From NCBI GenBank assembly GCA_965205605.1, contig CBDBHE010000002.1, positions 96,001 through 160,000 on the forward strand: a stretch of 64,000 nt of DNA, written 5' to 3'. Position numbers and translations under genes: made by a program. Positions 48,437-60,150 of this stretch are shown here, piece by piece. This DNA is from Spirochaetota bacterium (GTDB lineage: Bacteria; Spirochaetota; UBA12135; COTS27; CBDBHE01). Below the pieces are notes generated by a model, which was not told the origin of the DNA, made no database searches, and saw nothing but the letters and a program-made list of their open reading frames with translations. Every line of letters starts with the position of its first letter. Position 1 is the first letter of the stretch.

Positions 48437-50159
48437 GTGAAAAGATCTCAATTTTTTATTCCAACTCTAAAAGAAATTCCTTCTGAAGCTTCATTACCTT
48501 CTCATGTTTTAATGTTGAGAGCAGGGCTTATTCGAAAGCTTTCGTCTGGTTTTTATATTTATTTACCTTTGGGTTTAAAGGTTTTAAAAAAAATTGAAAA
48601 TATAATACGTCAAGAGATGGACGCAAGTGGAGCGAATGAATTTAGCTTTCCACTTGTCCTTCCAAAAGTTCTTTTGGAAAAAACAGATCGTTGGGATTTA
48701 TTTAAAAAAGAACTTTTTCGCCTAAAAGATCGTGATGAAAATGATTTCTCCCTCGCTTCCACTCAAGAAGAAGCTTTTACGATGTTGGCTAAACAAGAAA
48801 TTAATTCTTATAAAGCTTTTCCTTTTAATTTTTATCAAATTCATACCAAGTTTCGAGATGAAATTAGACCTCGTTTTGGAGTGATGAGAAGTCGAGAATT
48901 TATTATGAAAGATGCTTATTCTTTTCATCTGAGTGTTGCATGTCTTGAAAAAATGTATTCGAAAATGATTGAAGTTTATAAAAGAATTTTTAAACGATTT
49001 CAGCTCGATTTTTTAAATGTAAAAGCAGATAGTGGGGCTATGGGAGGTAGTGGATCTGAAGAGTTTGTAGTTAAAAGTGAAGTCGGAGAGGAAACTATTT
49101 TGGCTTGTTCTTCATGTGGCTATGTAGCAAATATAGAAACAGCTGAAGAGTTAATTTTTCCTATTAATAAAACAATAAACTCTCTTCTAAGTCTAGAAAA
49201 AATAGCAACTCCAAAAATTAAAACAATTAAAGAACTAAGTGACTTTTTAAAAGTAAATCCTCATCAATTGATAAAGTCTTATGTTTGTTCTGTCAATGAT
49301 GCTCAAGAAAAAAAAAATAGTGCTTATTTTGATTCGAGGAGATTATGAAGTTAATGAGAAAAAGCTAGCGAATCTTTTTCCAAATAAAGAAATTTTATTT
49401 GCTAGTGATAAACTTATAAAAAAATTTTTCAATGCTTCCCCTGGTTATTTAGGACCTGTAAACCTATCTAAGGAAATTGAAATCATAGCAGACACAAGTA
49501 TTCAGGGGTTTTCTCATGCGATTGTTGGAGCCAATGAAGAGGGATTTCATTATAAAAATGCTTGTCTTAATAGAGATTTTTTACCGACTCGTTATGTAGA
49601 TTTATATCAAGCAAGAGAAAATGGAAAATGTATTTTGTGTGATTCAAGCCTTAAAGTGTTTAGAGGTATTGAAATAGGCCATGTCTTTAAACTAGGAAAA
49701 AAATACACTAAAGCTTTTGATTTTTCTGTTTTAGACGAAAACGGAAATCAAAAAACACCTATTATGGGTTGCTATGGGATTGGTCTTAATAGGACAGTAG
49801 CGGCTATTATTGAACAGCATCATGATAAAGATGGTATTTGTTGGCCTAAGGGTATTGCCCCATATCAGATCTGTCTTTTGAGTTTGGATATGAAAGACTC
49901 ATCTATTATTAAAGCTTCAGAAAATTTGTATCAAAAGTTAAAAAAAAAATCTTATTGTGTTCTTTGGGATGATCGCTTTGAAAGACCAGGAGTAAAATTT
50001 AAAGATGCTGATCTTTTAGGGATTCCTCTTCAAATAGTTGTTGGTAAAAAAAATATCACTAAGAAAGTATTTGGGCTTAAAATAAGAAAACTAAAACAAT
50101 CTTTTGAATATGAAGAAGGTGAGCTTTTAGCTCAAATAGAAAGTTATTTTAAGTCTTAA
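48437..50159 (+). CDS. proS: proline--tRNA ligase with editing domain (one extra A at 49308-49317)
   Basis: SHVLMLRAG, KFRDEIRPRFG, REFIMKDAYSF, GIEIGHVFKLG, MGCYGIG, PGVKFKDADLLG; removing one A joins ORFs 48437-49348 and 49281-50159. Confidence 0.96.
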
Positions 50160-50177
50160 GGCTAAGATAGTATTTTT

Positions 50178-51446
50178 ATGAAAGAAACCAATTCTTTTTT
50201 TTTGACAAAGCAACAAGCTATCTTTTTAGAGCAACAATATCAAACTCCTCTTTTTGTTTATGATGAAATGAGGTTAGAAGAAAATGCTAAAAAACTGCTT
50301 AGTTTTCCTAACGCTTTTGGACTAACCGTTCGCTATGCAATTAAAGCTAATAGCAATCGAAATTTAATAAAGCTTTTTGATACTTTAGGGATTTATTTTG
50401 ATGCGAGCTCAGTTTATGAAGTCAAACGACTTTTGCATATTGGCATTAAAGCTGAAAAAATTTCTTTAACAACTCAAGAACTCACTCCTGGATTTGAAGT
50501 CATCATTAAAAAAGGTGTTTTTTTTCATGCTAGTTCTTTATATCAATTAGAAACTTTTGGAAAAAAATTTCCAAACCAATCTATTGGACTTCGTTTTAAT
50601 CCTGGCATTGGTTCTGGAGGGCACCATAAAACAGATGTTGGGGGGGTGGGTTCTAGTTTTGGTATTTGGCATCAAGAAATAAAGCAAGTTAAAAACCTTA
50701 TTAAAAAATATGACTTAAAGGTTGGATGCGTTCATACGCATATTGGTTCGGGGGGAGATCCTAAAATTTGGAAAAAAGCGACTAAAATTACTTTTAGAAT
50801 CTTAGAAAATTTTCCACAAGCAACTTGCATGAATTTAGGAGGAGGATTTAGAGTCAAGCGAATGCCTTTTGAAAAAGAAACTAATTTAACAGAGCTGGGT
50901 CTTGAAGTAAAGAAAAGAACATTTGTCTTTTTTAAAAAAACAAAACGAAAAATTCATTTAGAAATAGAACCGGGTGCGATGTTGATTGCTAATACAGCTA
51001 ATTTGCTTAGTAAGGTACAAGATAAAGTTTGCACAGGTAAAAGAGGTTATGTTTTTTTAAAGCTTAATGTAGGAATGGATAATTTTTTGAGGACTTCTCT
51101 TTATGGAGCTTTACACCCTTTTAAAGGGTTTGCTTTAAGTCAAGATAAATCGCATCAAAAAAAATCTTATCTTGTTGTTGGGCATTGTTGTGAGTCGGGA
51201 GATTTGTTTACTTCAAAAAAAGGAAAACCAAATGAATTGATGCCTCGAAAAATGGAAAAACTTGAAATTGGAGATTTGTTTTTAATTGGTGCAGTAGGGG
51301 CTTATTGTGCTTCGATGGCGGCTAAAAATTATAATTCTTTCCCGCAGCCTCCAGAATACTTAAAAAGAAAAAATGGTCAATTTAAGATCATTAAAAATCG
51401 TCAAAGTATTGAACAAATGATTCAAAATGAAAAAAAAATTTTATAA
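50178..51446 (+). CDS. lysA: diaminopimelate decarboxylase
   Basis: TPLFVYD, RYAIKAN, HTHIGSG, NLGGG, EPG, HCCESGD, GAYCASM..NYNS; near dapA. Confidence 0.9.
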   Translation: MKETNSFFLTKQQAIFLEQQYQTPLFVYDEMRLEENAKKLLSFPNAFGLTVRYAIKANSNRNLIKLFDTLGIYFDASSVYEVKRLLHIGIKAEKISLTTQELTPGFEVIIKKGVFFHASSLYQLETFGKKFPNQSIGLRFNPGIGSGGHHKTDVGGVGSSFGIWHQEIKQVKNLIKKYDLKVGCVHTHIGSGGDPKIWKKATKITFRILENFPQATCMNLGGGFRVKRMPFEKETNLTELGLEVKKRTFVFFKKTKRKIHLEIEPGAMLIANTANLLSKVQDKVCTGKRGYVFLKLNVGMDNFLRTSLYGALHPFKGFALSQDKSHQKKSYLVVGHCCESGDLFTSKKGKPNELMPRKMEKLEIGDLFLIGAVGAYCASMAAKNYNSFPQPPEYLKRKNGQFKIIKNRQSIEQMIQNEKKIL

Positions 51447-51542
51447 GAAGGAGTTGATTTATTTTTGAAAAAAAAGTATTTTAAAAGGAAGTGAATATTT
51501 TTTAAAAACTTTATTAATATTATTATTTACTTAAATCTATTT

Positions 51543-52211
51543 ATGCGAGTTTCAATCATGTTTATTTTATTTTATATTTTATCAAAAAAAAAAATTATAA
51601 AGCAATTTATTTTAATAGGATTTTTAATGACTAGTTTATTTTCAGCGTCTGTTACAGACAAATTAGACCAACTTCCTGATGGTCTTTATGGTCAAATTGA
51701 TACCTCTAAAGGAATCATTTTAGTGAAATTTTTTCATAAAGAAGCCCCACTAACGGTGGCTAATTTTATTGGTCTTGCGGAAGGAACAAAAGAATCTACA
51801 CGTGGTAGAAGGGTTCGTTATTATGATGGTCTTGTTTTTCATCGAGTCATTGACAACTTTATGATTCAAGGAGGCGATCCTCAAGGCACAGGTCGAGGAG
51901 GACCGGGTTATTATTTTGAAGATGAGTTTCACCCAAAGCTGATTCATAACAAACCTGGTATATTATCGATGGCAAATGCAGGTCCCAACACAAATGGAAG
52001 TCAATTTTTTATCACTCATGTCCCGACCCCTTGGTTAGATGGAAAGCACGCTATTTTTGGTGAAGTGGTTTTAGGAATCGAAGTTGTTAACACTATCAAA
52101 CAAGGAGATTTGATTAAAACTCTGATCATTCATCGAAAAGGAAAATCGTTACGAAATTACAAAATTACTCAGGAAAAATTTGATTCTCTTAGAAAAAAAC
52201 TAAGAAAATAA
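51543..52211 (+). CDS. cyclophilin-type peptidyl-prolyl cis-trans isomerase
   Basis: [51 protein letters not shown]; hydrophobic N-terminus; start uncertain. Confidence 0.95.
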   Translation: MRVSIMFILFYILSKKKIIKQFILIGFLMTSLFSASVTDKLDQLPDGLYGQIDTSKGIILVKFFHKEAPLTVANFIGLAEGTKESTRGRRVRYYDGLVFHRVIDNFMIQGGDPQGTGRGGPGYYFEDEFHPKLIHNKPGILSMANAGPNTNGSQFFITHVPTPWLDGKHAIFGEVVLGIEVVNTIKQGDLIKTLIIHRKGKSLRNYKITQEKFDSLRKKLRK

Positions 52212-52233
52212 TCATTTTATTTTTCTAAATTAA

Positions 52234-52992
52234 ATGATTACTTCTTTAGAAGCCGTTATGGCTTTTTTAAAACAAAGTCTTTTATTACATCCTGTTCCAG
52301 ATGTCGCTATTAATGGTTTACAAGTTGAAAATAGTGGAAAAATTAAAAAAATAGCTACAGCCGTTGATACGTCTTTAATGCTTTTAAACAAAGTTATTAA
52401 AGATAATTGTGATGCTATTCTAGTTCATCATGGTATTTTTTGGAAAAACCCTTTTCCCATAACAGGTCGTTATTATCAAATTTTAAAAAAGCTCATTGAG
52501 AACGATATTGCTTTAATTGCTTTTCATTTACCACTTGATGTCCATCCCGTTTATGGAAACAATAGAATGCTTGTTAAACGTTTGGGGTTGAAATTTTTAA
52601 AAACCTTTGGAGATTATAAAGGGATTGAAATTTTAATAGCAGCTTTAAATGAAACAAAAGAAGGTTTGCAATCTTTTTTAAATCGCTTTTCAAAAATGAT
52701 TGGTGAGCCCATTTGTGTTGTTGAGGGAGGAAAGCATCAAGTTGAAAAAATAGGTATTTGTTCTGGAGGAGGAATTTTTGGTATTGAAAAAGCTAAGGAA
52801 ATAGGTTGTGATACGTACATTACAGGAGATGCCGACCATAATGCTTTCCATCTTTGTAAAGAGATTGGCATTCACCTTATTTCAGGAGGGCATTATAATA
52901 CTGAAATTTGGGGAGTTAAAGAATTAGGAAAAATCTTAAAAAAAAATTTTTCTGTTCAAGTAAATTTTTACGATCTCCCAACAGGAATTTAA
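52234..52992 (+). CDS. Nif3-like dinuclear metal center protein (YbgI family)
   Basis: NGLQVE, LVHHGIFW, HLPLD.H...GNN, ICSGGG, YITGD, GGHYNTE.WG. Confidence 0.95.
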   Translation: MITSLEAVMAFLKQSLLLHPVPDVAINGLQVENSGKIKKIATAVDTSLMLLNKVIKDNCDAILVHHGIFWKNPFPITGRYYQILKKLIENDIALIAFHLPLDVHPVYGNNRMLVKRLGLKFLKTFGDYKGIEILIAALNETKEGLQSFLNRFSKMIGEPICVVEGGKHQVEKIGICSGGGIFGIEKAKEIGCDTYITGDADHNAFHLCKEIGIHLISGGHYNTEIWGVKELGKILKKNFSVQVNFYDLPTGI

Positions 52993-53014
52993 CTCTTTTT
53001 AGTTTAATGTAAAA

Positions 53015-54568
53015 ATGGATGTTTTAATTATTGGTTCTGGTTTGGCGGGACTTTCGGCAGCTGCAATGGCAGCTGCAAAAGGTGAGCAAGTTACTCTTGT
53101 CACTAAACAATCTTTTTTATTAGATTCTGCTTCTTTCTTGGCACAAGGGGGGATTGTTTATAGAGGCAAAGGAGATTCCCCTACGCTTTTGTTAAATGAT
53201 ATACAAAAAGCCGCTCAAGGACTGACTCTTGAAAAAACAGCAAAATGGATTAGTAATCAAGGTATTGATATTATTGAAGATTTTTTAATTAATACAGTTA
53301 AAGTCCCTTTTAATAAACAACAAGATCAACTCGCTCTTACAGGCGAAGCCGCTCATAGTAAAAAAAGAATCCTTTATGCAAAAGATCATACAGGAAAAAT
53401 CATTATTGAAAGTATTGAAAAATATTTAAGCCATCTTTCTAATGTTTCTATTTTTACAAATTACATGACCATCGAATTAATTACAATCCCTCATCATTCT
53501 ATAGATCCTATGAGTGTTTATGAAAAAACACGTTGTTTGGGCACGTATGTGATGGATATCAAAAATAGGCAAATTAAAAAAATTTTTGCAGATAAAATAA
53601 TTTTGGCTACGGGGGGTATTGGAAAAATTTATGAGCATTCAACCAACCCTTCTTTTGCTTCAGGAGATGGTGTCGCCTTAGGGTATCGTGCTGGAGCTAG
53701 AATCGTTAATATGGAATTTACCCAATTTCACCCAACAACTTTAGCCATTGAAAAAGCTAATCATTTTCTTCTTTCTGAAGCAATTCGAGGAGAAGGAGGA
53801 GTTATTGTTAATCAAAAAAATGAGGATATTATTAAAAAATATGATTCTAGAGGATCGTTGGCTCCAAGAGATGTCGTTTCAAGATATATTGTAAAAGAGC
53901 TCATCAAAACAGGTGAAAACTGTTTGTATCTTAGTTTGAAAAACTGTAAAGAGATTGATATCAAAAAAAGATTCCCTTCTATTTATCAAAAATGTTTGCA
54001 ACATAAAATCGATATTACTAAAGAAAAAATCCCTATTACTCCTGCTTTCCATTTTTCTTGTGGAGGTATTTTAACAGATATGAATGCTAAAACAACCGTT
54101 AAAAACTTATTTGCTATTGGAGAAACCGCTTGCACAGGTCTTCATGGAGCCAATCGATTGGCTTCGATGTCTTTACTAGAGTGCGTTGCTTTCGCTAAAC
54201 AAGCCGTTGAATGTAATGCTAAAAAAAAAGTTTATAAACAATTTGAAAATAGTATCTCTGATTGGAAAAAACCACTTAAAAATAAAGAAGTTGATATTGT
54301 TTGGATTCGTCAAAAATGGAAAACAATTCGTTCTATTATGTGGAATTATGTGGGTATTGTAAGAAAACATTCTTATTTAGTTAGAGCTTTAGAAGAACTT
54401 ACTTATCATAGTAATCTTATTGATAATTTTTATAGAGAGTATCGATTGACTAAAAACCTTGTTGAACTTAGAAATGGAGTTCAAACAGCAATTTTAGTGA
54501 CTAATAGTGCTATTAAAAATCCTATTTCTAGAGGGTGTCATTATCTTCAAGAAGAAAGCAAAAAATAA
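53015..54568 (+). CDS. nadB: L-aspartate oxidase
   Basis: IGSGLAG, AQGGI, EAAHS..RI, LATGG, EFTQFHPT, LSEAIRGEG, LAPRDVV, GLHGANRLAS.SLLE, SRGCH. Confidence 0.96.
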   Translation: MDVLIIGSGLAGLSAAAMAAAKGEQVTLVTKQSFLLDSASFLAQGGIVYRGKGDSPTLLLNDIQKAAQGLTLEKTAKWISNQGIDIIEDFLINTVKVPFNKQQDQLALTGEAAHSKKRILYAKDHTGKIIIESIEKYLSHLSNVSIFTNYMTIELITIPHHSIDPMSVYEKTRCLGTYVMDIKNRQIKKIFADKIILATGGIGKIYEHSTNPSFASGDGVALGYRAGARIVNMEFTQFHPTTLAIEKANHFLLSEAIRGEGGVIVNQKNEDIIKKYDSRGSLAPRDVVSRYIVKELIKTGENCLYLSLKNCKEIDIKKRFPSIYQKCLQHKIDITKEKIPITPAFHFSCGGILTDMNAKTTVKNLFAIGETACTGLHGANRLASMSLLECVAFAKQAVECNAKKKVYKQFENSISDWKKPLKNKEVDIVWIRQKWKTIRSIMWNYVGIVRKHSYLVRALEELTYHSNLIDNFYREYRLTKNLVELRNGVQTAILVTNSAIKNPISRGCHYLQEESKK

Positions 54569-54576
54569 TTTTTTAA

Positions 54577-57570
54577 ATGTTGAAAATTCCTTTTTTTATT
54601 TTTTTATTCTTTTGTTTTTCTCTTTTTTCAAAGTCTTTAGAAAAAACAAATTTATCAGAAGAGCCAATTCTTTTATCTAATTTGCCACCTGATGAAACGA
54701 TAAAAAAAAAACGTAGTCAAAATCTCATTATTCCCTTTGAAAGCTTAGAAAATCTTTCAAAAGGAGGTTTTTATATTATCAATGATTTGGATATTAAATC
54801 AAAAAAAGAATGGTCTTTTAATTTTAGAGAACTTGTCATTAATATGGTCAAGCAAACTAACCAAGGAGTTCTTAAAAATTTAGCAAATTCTTTAAGTCTT
54901 TCTTATTCTAATGATACAGATCTCCTTGCTCTTCAATCAAAAATTTTAAACCATCTTGAAGCTTCTGATTCTTCTAAAAAAGAAAGTATTCAAAAGAAAA
55001 AAATTTTTCCAAATATTCCCAACTCGGGCATTATTTTAAAGAATGCCGATATTTTAGAAAGCTATGGAGAAAAAGTAGAAAACTCTGAAGAAAAAATTAT
55101 TAAATTATTTGGTAATATAGAAATTTTTTTTCAAGAATCTACTATTTATGCTAACCAAGCTATTTTAAATACCTCTTCTAAACAAATTTTTTTTCAAGAC
55201 CAAGTTTTTTTACATGCTAATCAAATAAATGCTCATGCAGATCGCTTGATTTTAGATATTGAAAAAAAGACGGGGTTTGCTCTTAAGATTAAAGGAAATA
55301 TAGATAGTAATTATTACACAGGTGAACTTTTGAAAATTAATAGTGATGCTCATGTCACTGTTGAAAAAGCTGCCATTACATTTACTTCTAACAAAAATCC
55401 TGAATATGTAATTACGGCCGATAGTTTTGACTACTTTGGAAATCAAAATATGATTTTAGAAAATATCATTATGTATGTTCATAATCAACCTTTTTTTTAT
55501 TTTCCGTTTTTTATGCAAGATCCTTTTGGGACAGGTGTTGAGATGTATTTTGGAAATACTCGTAGAGAAGGTTATTACTTGTTAATGAGTTTGTCTTTAA
55601 AAATTCCTCTGTTCAAGCAGTTGGATTTGGAATTTAATACTTATGAAAAAATAGGGACTTACTTTAGAATTAAAAATTCAAATGACTTCTTATGGAGTTA
55701 TTATGAACTCGATTTTGCTTTTTCAAGATATCTTTTTAATGAAAATATCCCCTCTGCTACTCTTTTAAGATATACCTTCCATACAACTGATAGGTTAGAT
55801 CAAGATGTCCGCTATCGTTATAAAATAAATTATAACCATAAATTATCTTTACAAGATCCAGACCAGTCTCTTTTGAAAAATACTCTTTATTGGGATATTA
55901 ATTATAGTTCTGACCCTTTTTTTACTTCTGATTTGGAGAGAAATTTACCTAAACTTGATTTATTTGATTTAATTGGCTCTTCTACACAAGAAGGTTTTTA
56001 TGTGAATACTCCTTATAATAGAAGGCGTTATTTAGTAGAGTATCATATTGGTATAAAGCAATTTGGGTTTCAACTAAGAAATCAATGGGAATATGCTAAT
56101 AGAGAAAATAAATCTGTTTTAGATAAAGCGTCTTATGAAAGATGGGATAACGCTTTGGACTATGTGGTTTTACCTTATATGAAATTTACTTATCAAGATA
56201 CAATTGACCCTGTTCCAAGTGATGATGAAAAGAGAAAAAGAGGTTTTGGTTATCTAAATCTTAATTATAATCTATCAGCAGATGTTTCTATTAGAGAATA
56301 TTATGAAAGAGTGCTTCCTTATAATTTTGAAAGAAATGAAAATGATTTTAATTTTTTAGGGGCTTTGTCTAGAAGATGGCTTTGGAATACACAAGGAGAT
56401 GCTTTTCCTATTTTTGATTTTCAATATTTTTCTACTTTTCAATTTAATTATAAAAAAAAATGGGGAGGTGAAGAATTAGGAGAGGTTTATATTAATCAAA
56501 ATAAAGATAACACTTATTATCAAGTGGCGTTTAATCAAGAAGCTGTCTTTAATTTCCCAACAACAAAAATAAAGAAAAAATGGCATAAAAGTTATGAAAT
56601 TGACTCTATGTTCCCGACTCTTAATTTCAAATTTAACCACCGTATTAAAAAAAGAAGTGTTCTTAAAAATAAAGAAGTCCTTGATTTTAATTTTAGTGAA
56701 TTTGCAGATCATAATTTTAGAGCTTCTAGTACAGTGGTTTGGCCTTGGTATGGTTTGTTTTTAATTCCTTATTTAAATGGTTCTCATATAGGAAATGTGA
56801 CTTTGAATTACAATTTGATTCCTGATCTTCAAGATTCTACTTTTTCAGATTTTTTTAATGAAAGTCGTTTTATTAATATTAATGGTAGTTGGGTTTATCG
56901 AGGAGCTTACCGAAATCTTTGGGTTTATTCTTCAGAGTTACTTGTTGATTTTTATGACGAAAAAGAAAGCAAAGTTTATACTCAAATAACGCAAAATTCT
57001 TTTTCAACTACTTTTAAATTTGAAGATTTTTTTAAAGAAATGAAAGACTTTTTACTTTTAGATCAATTACACGCTACTTATACTTGGAATTATTACTTTG
57101 AAAATATTAATTACCTTTTAGATACGATGACCTTTCAATGGTTGTTTCGATTTAATGTGGTAAAATATTGGCAATTTGATGTGGCTTTTAATAGTTTAAA
57201 TAATCAAGCGTTTCTTTATTTTAAAGAAAAATCAAATGAATTTGGCGTCAATCAAGTCAATTTTTTTCAAGATATTGCTGCTTCACTTGGATTTTTAGGT
57301 TCCGATCAATTAAAAAGTAGTCTTTTTAAAATTCAGCGAATTAATTTTTCATTGGTTCATGACTTGGAAAGTTGGTATGTGAGGTTAGATTATTCTGTTT
57401 ATCCGGTTGTGTTGCCCTCTCAATCAGGGGCTTTAAAAGGCTTTTATTTTGATCAAAAAATTTCTTTTGAAATCAATTTTAAACCAGAACATTATCCTAA
57501 TAAACAAAATTCTCAATTATTTAGTCCTTGGAATAGAGATGTTAGGCCATCTGTTTTTGAAAATTTTTAA
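54577..57570 (+). CDS. lptD: LPS-assembly outer-membrane protein LptD (spirochete type)
   Basis: Signal peptide, OstA-like beta-jellyroll (LFGNIEI, PFFYFPF), large aromatic-rich beta-barrel, HDLESW near the C-terminus. Confidence 0.75.
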   Translation: MLKIPFFIFLFFCFSLFSKSLEKTNLSEEPILLSNLPPDETIKKKRSQNLIIPFESLENLSKGGFYIINDLDIKSKKEWSFNFRELVINMVKQTNQGVLKNLANSLSLSYSNDTDLLALQSKILNHLEASDSSKKESIQKKKIFPNIPNSGIILKNADILESYGEKVENSEEKIIKLFGNIEIFFQESTIYANQAILNTSSKQIFFQDQVFLHANQINAHADRLILDIEKKTGFALKIKGNIDSNYYTGELLKINSDAHVTVEKAAITFTSNKNPEYVITADSFDYFGNQNMILENIIMYVHNQPFFYFPFFMQDPFGTGVEMYFGNTRREGYYLLMSLSLKIPLFKQLDLEFNTYEKIGTYFRIKNSNDFLWSYYELDFAFSRYLFNENIPSATLLRYTFHTTDRLDQDVRYRYKINYNHKLSLQDPDQSLLKNTLYWDINYSSDPFFTSDLERNLPKLDLFDLIGSSTQEGFYVNTPYNRRRYLVEYHIGIKQFGFQLRNQWEYANRENKSVLDKASYERWDNALDYVVLPYMKFTYQDTIDPVPSDDEKRKRGFGYLNLNYNLSADVSIREYYERVLPYNFERNENDFNFLGALSRRWLWNTQGDAFPIFDFQYFSTFQFNYKKKWGGEELGEVYINQNKDNTYYQVAFNQEAVFNFPTTKIKKKWHKSYEIDSMFPTLNFKFNHRIKKRSVLKNKEVLDFNFSEFADHNFRASSTVVWPWYGLFLIPYLNGSHIGNVTLNYNLIPDLQDSTFSDFFNESRFININGSWVYRGAYRNLWVYSSELLVDFYDEKESKVYTQITQNSFSTTFKFEDFFKEMKDFLLLDQLHATYTWNYYFENINYLLDTMTFQWLFRFNVVKYWQFDVAFNSLNNQAFLYFKEKSNEFGVNQVNFFQDIAASLGFLGSDQLKSSLFKIQRINFSLVHDLESWYVRLDYSVYPVVLPSQSGALKGFYFDQKISFEINFKPEHYPNKQNSQLFSPWNRDVRPSVFENF

Positions 57571-57593
57571 TGAGTTGGTTATAATAAAAACTA

Positions 57594-58528
57594 ATGAAAC
57601 GAATTTTGATTTCAGGTGGAGCTGGTTTTATTGGTTCTAATTTGTGTCTTCAACTTTTAAAAGCAGGTCATGAAGTTATTGTCCTTGACAATTTTTTGAC
57701 TTCTCGTAAAAAAAATATTCTCTCTTTCTATGAATATCCTCTTTTTGAATTAATAAGACATGACCTAATAAATCCTATTATGATTGAGGTTGATGAAATT
57801 TATCATTTAGCTTGTCCTGCTTCTCCTATTCACTATCAAAAAAACCCTATTAAAACCATTAAAACAAATATTTTAGGCACGATGAATATGTTGGGTTTAG
57901 CCAGACGTATTCAGGCAAAAATTTTATTTGCCTCTACTTCAGAAATTTATGGAGACCCTATAGAGCATCCTCAAAAAGAATCTTACTGGGGAAATGTCAA
58001 TCCTATTGGATGGCGTTCTTGTTATGATGAAGGTAAACGAGTCGCTGAATCTTTATGTTTCAACTATCACTACTCTAATAAAATTGAAGTTAAAATCCCA
58101 CGTATTTTTAATACGTATGGTCCTTGTATGAATTCTTTTGATGGACGAGTGATTAGCAATTTTATTATTCAAGCACTTAAAAACGAATCGATCCATCTTT
58201 ATGGAGATGGCTCTCAAACAAGATCCTTTTTGTTATGTTGATGATCTTGTACGTGCTTTAATCAGTATGATGGGACATAAAGATATTTTGCTCGGTCCTA
58301 TTAATTTGGGTAACCCTGAAGAATATTCTATTAAACAAATTGCTTCTAAAGTCACTCAGATGACAGAAAGTTCTTCTAAAATAGTTTGTAAGGAATCACT
58401 TCCAGATGATCCTAAAAGGCGTTGCCCTGATATTAGTTTGGCAATTGAAAAGCTTAATTGGAAACCAAAAATTTTTTTGGAAGAGGGGTCTTAGAAAAAC
58501 AATCGATTATTTTAAAAAAAATATTTAA
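57594..58528 (+). CDS. UDP-glucuronic acid decarboxylase (UXS-like SDR); two extra bases (58227-58231, 58485-58488)
   Basis: [60 protein letters not shown]; corrections restore SFCYVDDL and [11 protein letters not shown]. Confidence 0.93.
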
Positions 58529-58626
58529 CTAGTTTTTGAAATGTTTTTATATTATTCTTTCTTAAAGAGTCTATACTATAATTAAAAAAACTTTCAAATG
58601 ATAAATATAGCTTAAGGGTAGGTTTT

Positions 58627-59799
58627 ATGAGTGATGATGTTTTATTTCAAATAAAAGAAAAATCTTTAGACACAGGTTTAAGAGGGGTTCCAGTTGGCCA
58701 TTGTCCTACAAGTCAAGTAGACCCTCAAAAAGGACTGACCTATCGAGGTTATCCGATTATGAATTTGGCTTATAAAGATCCAGAAGAAATTATTTATTTG
58801 CTGCTCCATAGCCATTTGCCAAATGTTAATGAGCTTAAATCTTTTAAAAAAAAACTAGTTGCTTTGGTTGGTTTACACGATGGAGTTTTTGAGCATATCA
58901 AGTCATTGCCCAAAAAAGCTCATCCTATGAAATGTTTTATTTCTTCGCTTAATGCAATCGGAATGTATCATGCTAAAGGAAATTATGAAGAAGATGGACT
59001 TTTTGCAATTGCTAATTTGCCGAGTATGGTAGCTGCTTTGTTTCGTGTTCATTTGGGGTGGGGTGATGTTATTGAAAGTAAAGCTGATTTGGGTTATATT
59101 GAAAATTTCGTGCATATGTTAAAGCCACCTAAGGAAAATAAAAATTTAATTGATTTGCTCAGAGTTTTTGAAATTTTACATTTTGATCATGGAGGAGGAA
59201 ACCTTTCTACTTTTGTTGGTAAAGCAATTGCTTCTGCTCAGGCTGATATTTATGAATCCTTAATAGGAGCTATGGCAGGATTAGCAGGTCCTTTACATGG
59301 AAAAGCAAATCAAGAGTGTCTTTTGTTTTTAAAAGAAGCTTTGGGAGTTATAAAAAATCCAAATGATAAAAATAAAATTCAAAATTTTTTAGAAGATATT
59401 TGGGCTCAAGGAAAAAAAGTTTATGGCTTCGGTCATGCGGTGTTACGAGTAGAAGATCCTAGAGCAACGATACAATATCAATTAGGTGAAAAAATAGCTT
59501 CTAATGATCCTATTTATATTTTAGCTAAAAATTTGAGAGAAATAGCCTCTGTCTTTTTAAGTAAACAAAAAAAAGTATCTAATCCGTATCCTAATGTAGA
59601 TGCAGTCTCAGGATCCTTGCTTAATGCTTGTGGTCTTACCGATAGTTCTTATTATACAGTTTTTTTTGGAATGTCTAGATGTGTAGGGATTATTATTCAA
59701 ATCATTTACGAAAGAACAATAGCAAGGCAAGGCAAGGGCACTCCTATTGTAAGACCAAAATATCTTTATAATGGCCCCCAATTAAATAATAATTCTTAA
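58627..59799 (+). CDS. gltA: citrate synthase
   Basis: GLRG, GLTYRGY, DHGGGNLST, GLAGPLHGKANQE, GFGHAVLRVEDPR, YPNVDAVSG, RPK. Confidence 0.93.
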   Translation: MSDDVLFQIKEKSLDTGLRGVPVGHCPTSQVDPQKGLTYRGYPIMNLAYKDPEEIIYLLLHSHLPNVNELKSFKKKLVALVGLHDGVFEHIKSLPKKAHPMKCFISSLNAIGMYHAKGNYEEDGLFAIANLPSMVAALFRVHLGWGDVIESKADLGYIENFVHMLKPPKENKNLIDLLRVFEILHFDHGGGNLSTFVGKAIASAQADIYESLIGAMAGLAGPLHGKANQECLLFLKEALGVIKNPNDKNKIQNFLEDIWAQGKKVYGFGHAVLRVEDPRATIQYQLGEKIASNDPIYILAKNLREIASVFLSKQKKVSNPYPNVDAVSGSLLNACGLTDSSYYTVFFGMSRCVGIIIQIIYERTIARQGKGTPIVRPKYLYNGPQLNNNS

Positions 59800-60150
59800 T
59801 CTAAAAACAACTTATTTTTGATTTTAATCGATTTTTGTAAATTCTTTTTTTTGCGATAAAAATTCTTTTTATCGATTAAGAGAAACCCTTTGTTTTTTTT
59901 AAAAAAAGTTTAAAAATATTAAAAATCCTGTGGACAGACAACATTAGAAATGATAACCTATGTTTACTTTTTGTTTGAAAATTCTAATGTTTTTTTAAAA
60001 AAAATAAAGAATTTTTTAAATTTAATCAAATCTTTTCTCTTGATTGATTAAAAGATTTTTAACAAGTTTTTTTGATTTTGTGGGAGAAAATTAAAAATTT
60101 TCTTTTATTGTAATTATTAAAATTTAAAAGGTGGGTTTCTTAAAGCTTTA

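Noticed and set aside
49281-50159. Apparent split ProRS or separate editing-domain gene
   Set aside because: Explained by one extra A in a 10-A run; same error type as seven other sites
59929-59938. CTGTGGACAG as a DnaA box or NrdR site upstream of nrdB
   Set aside because: Single copy with two mismatches to the DnaA box and no match to the NrdR palindrome; no box cluster suggesting oriC
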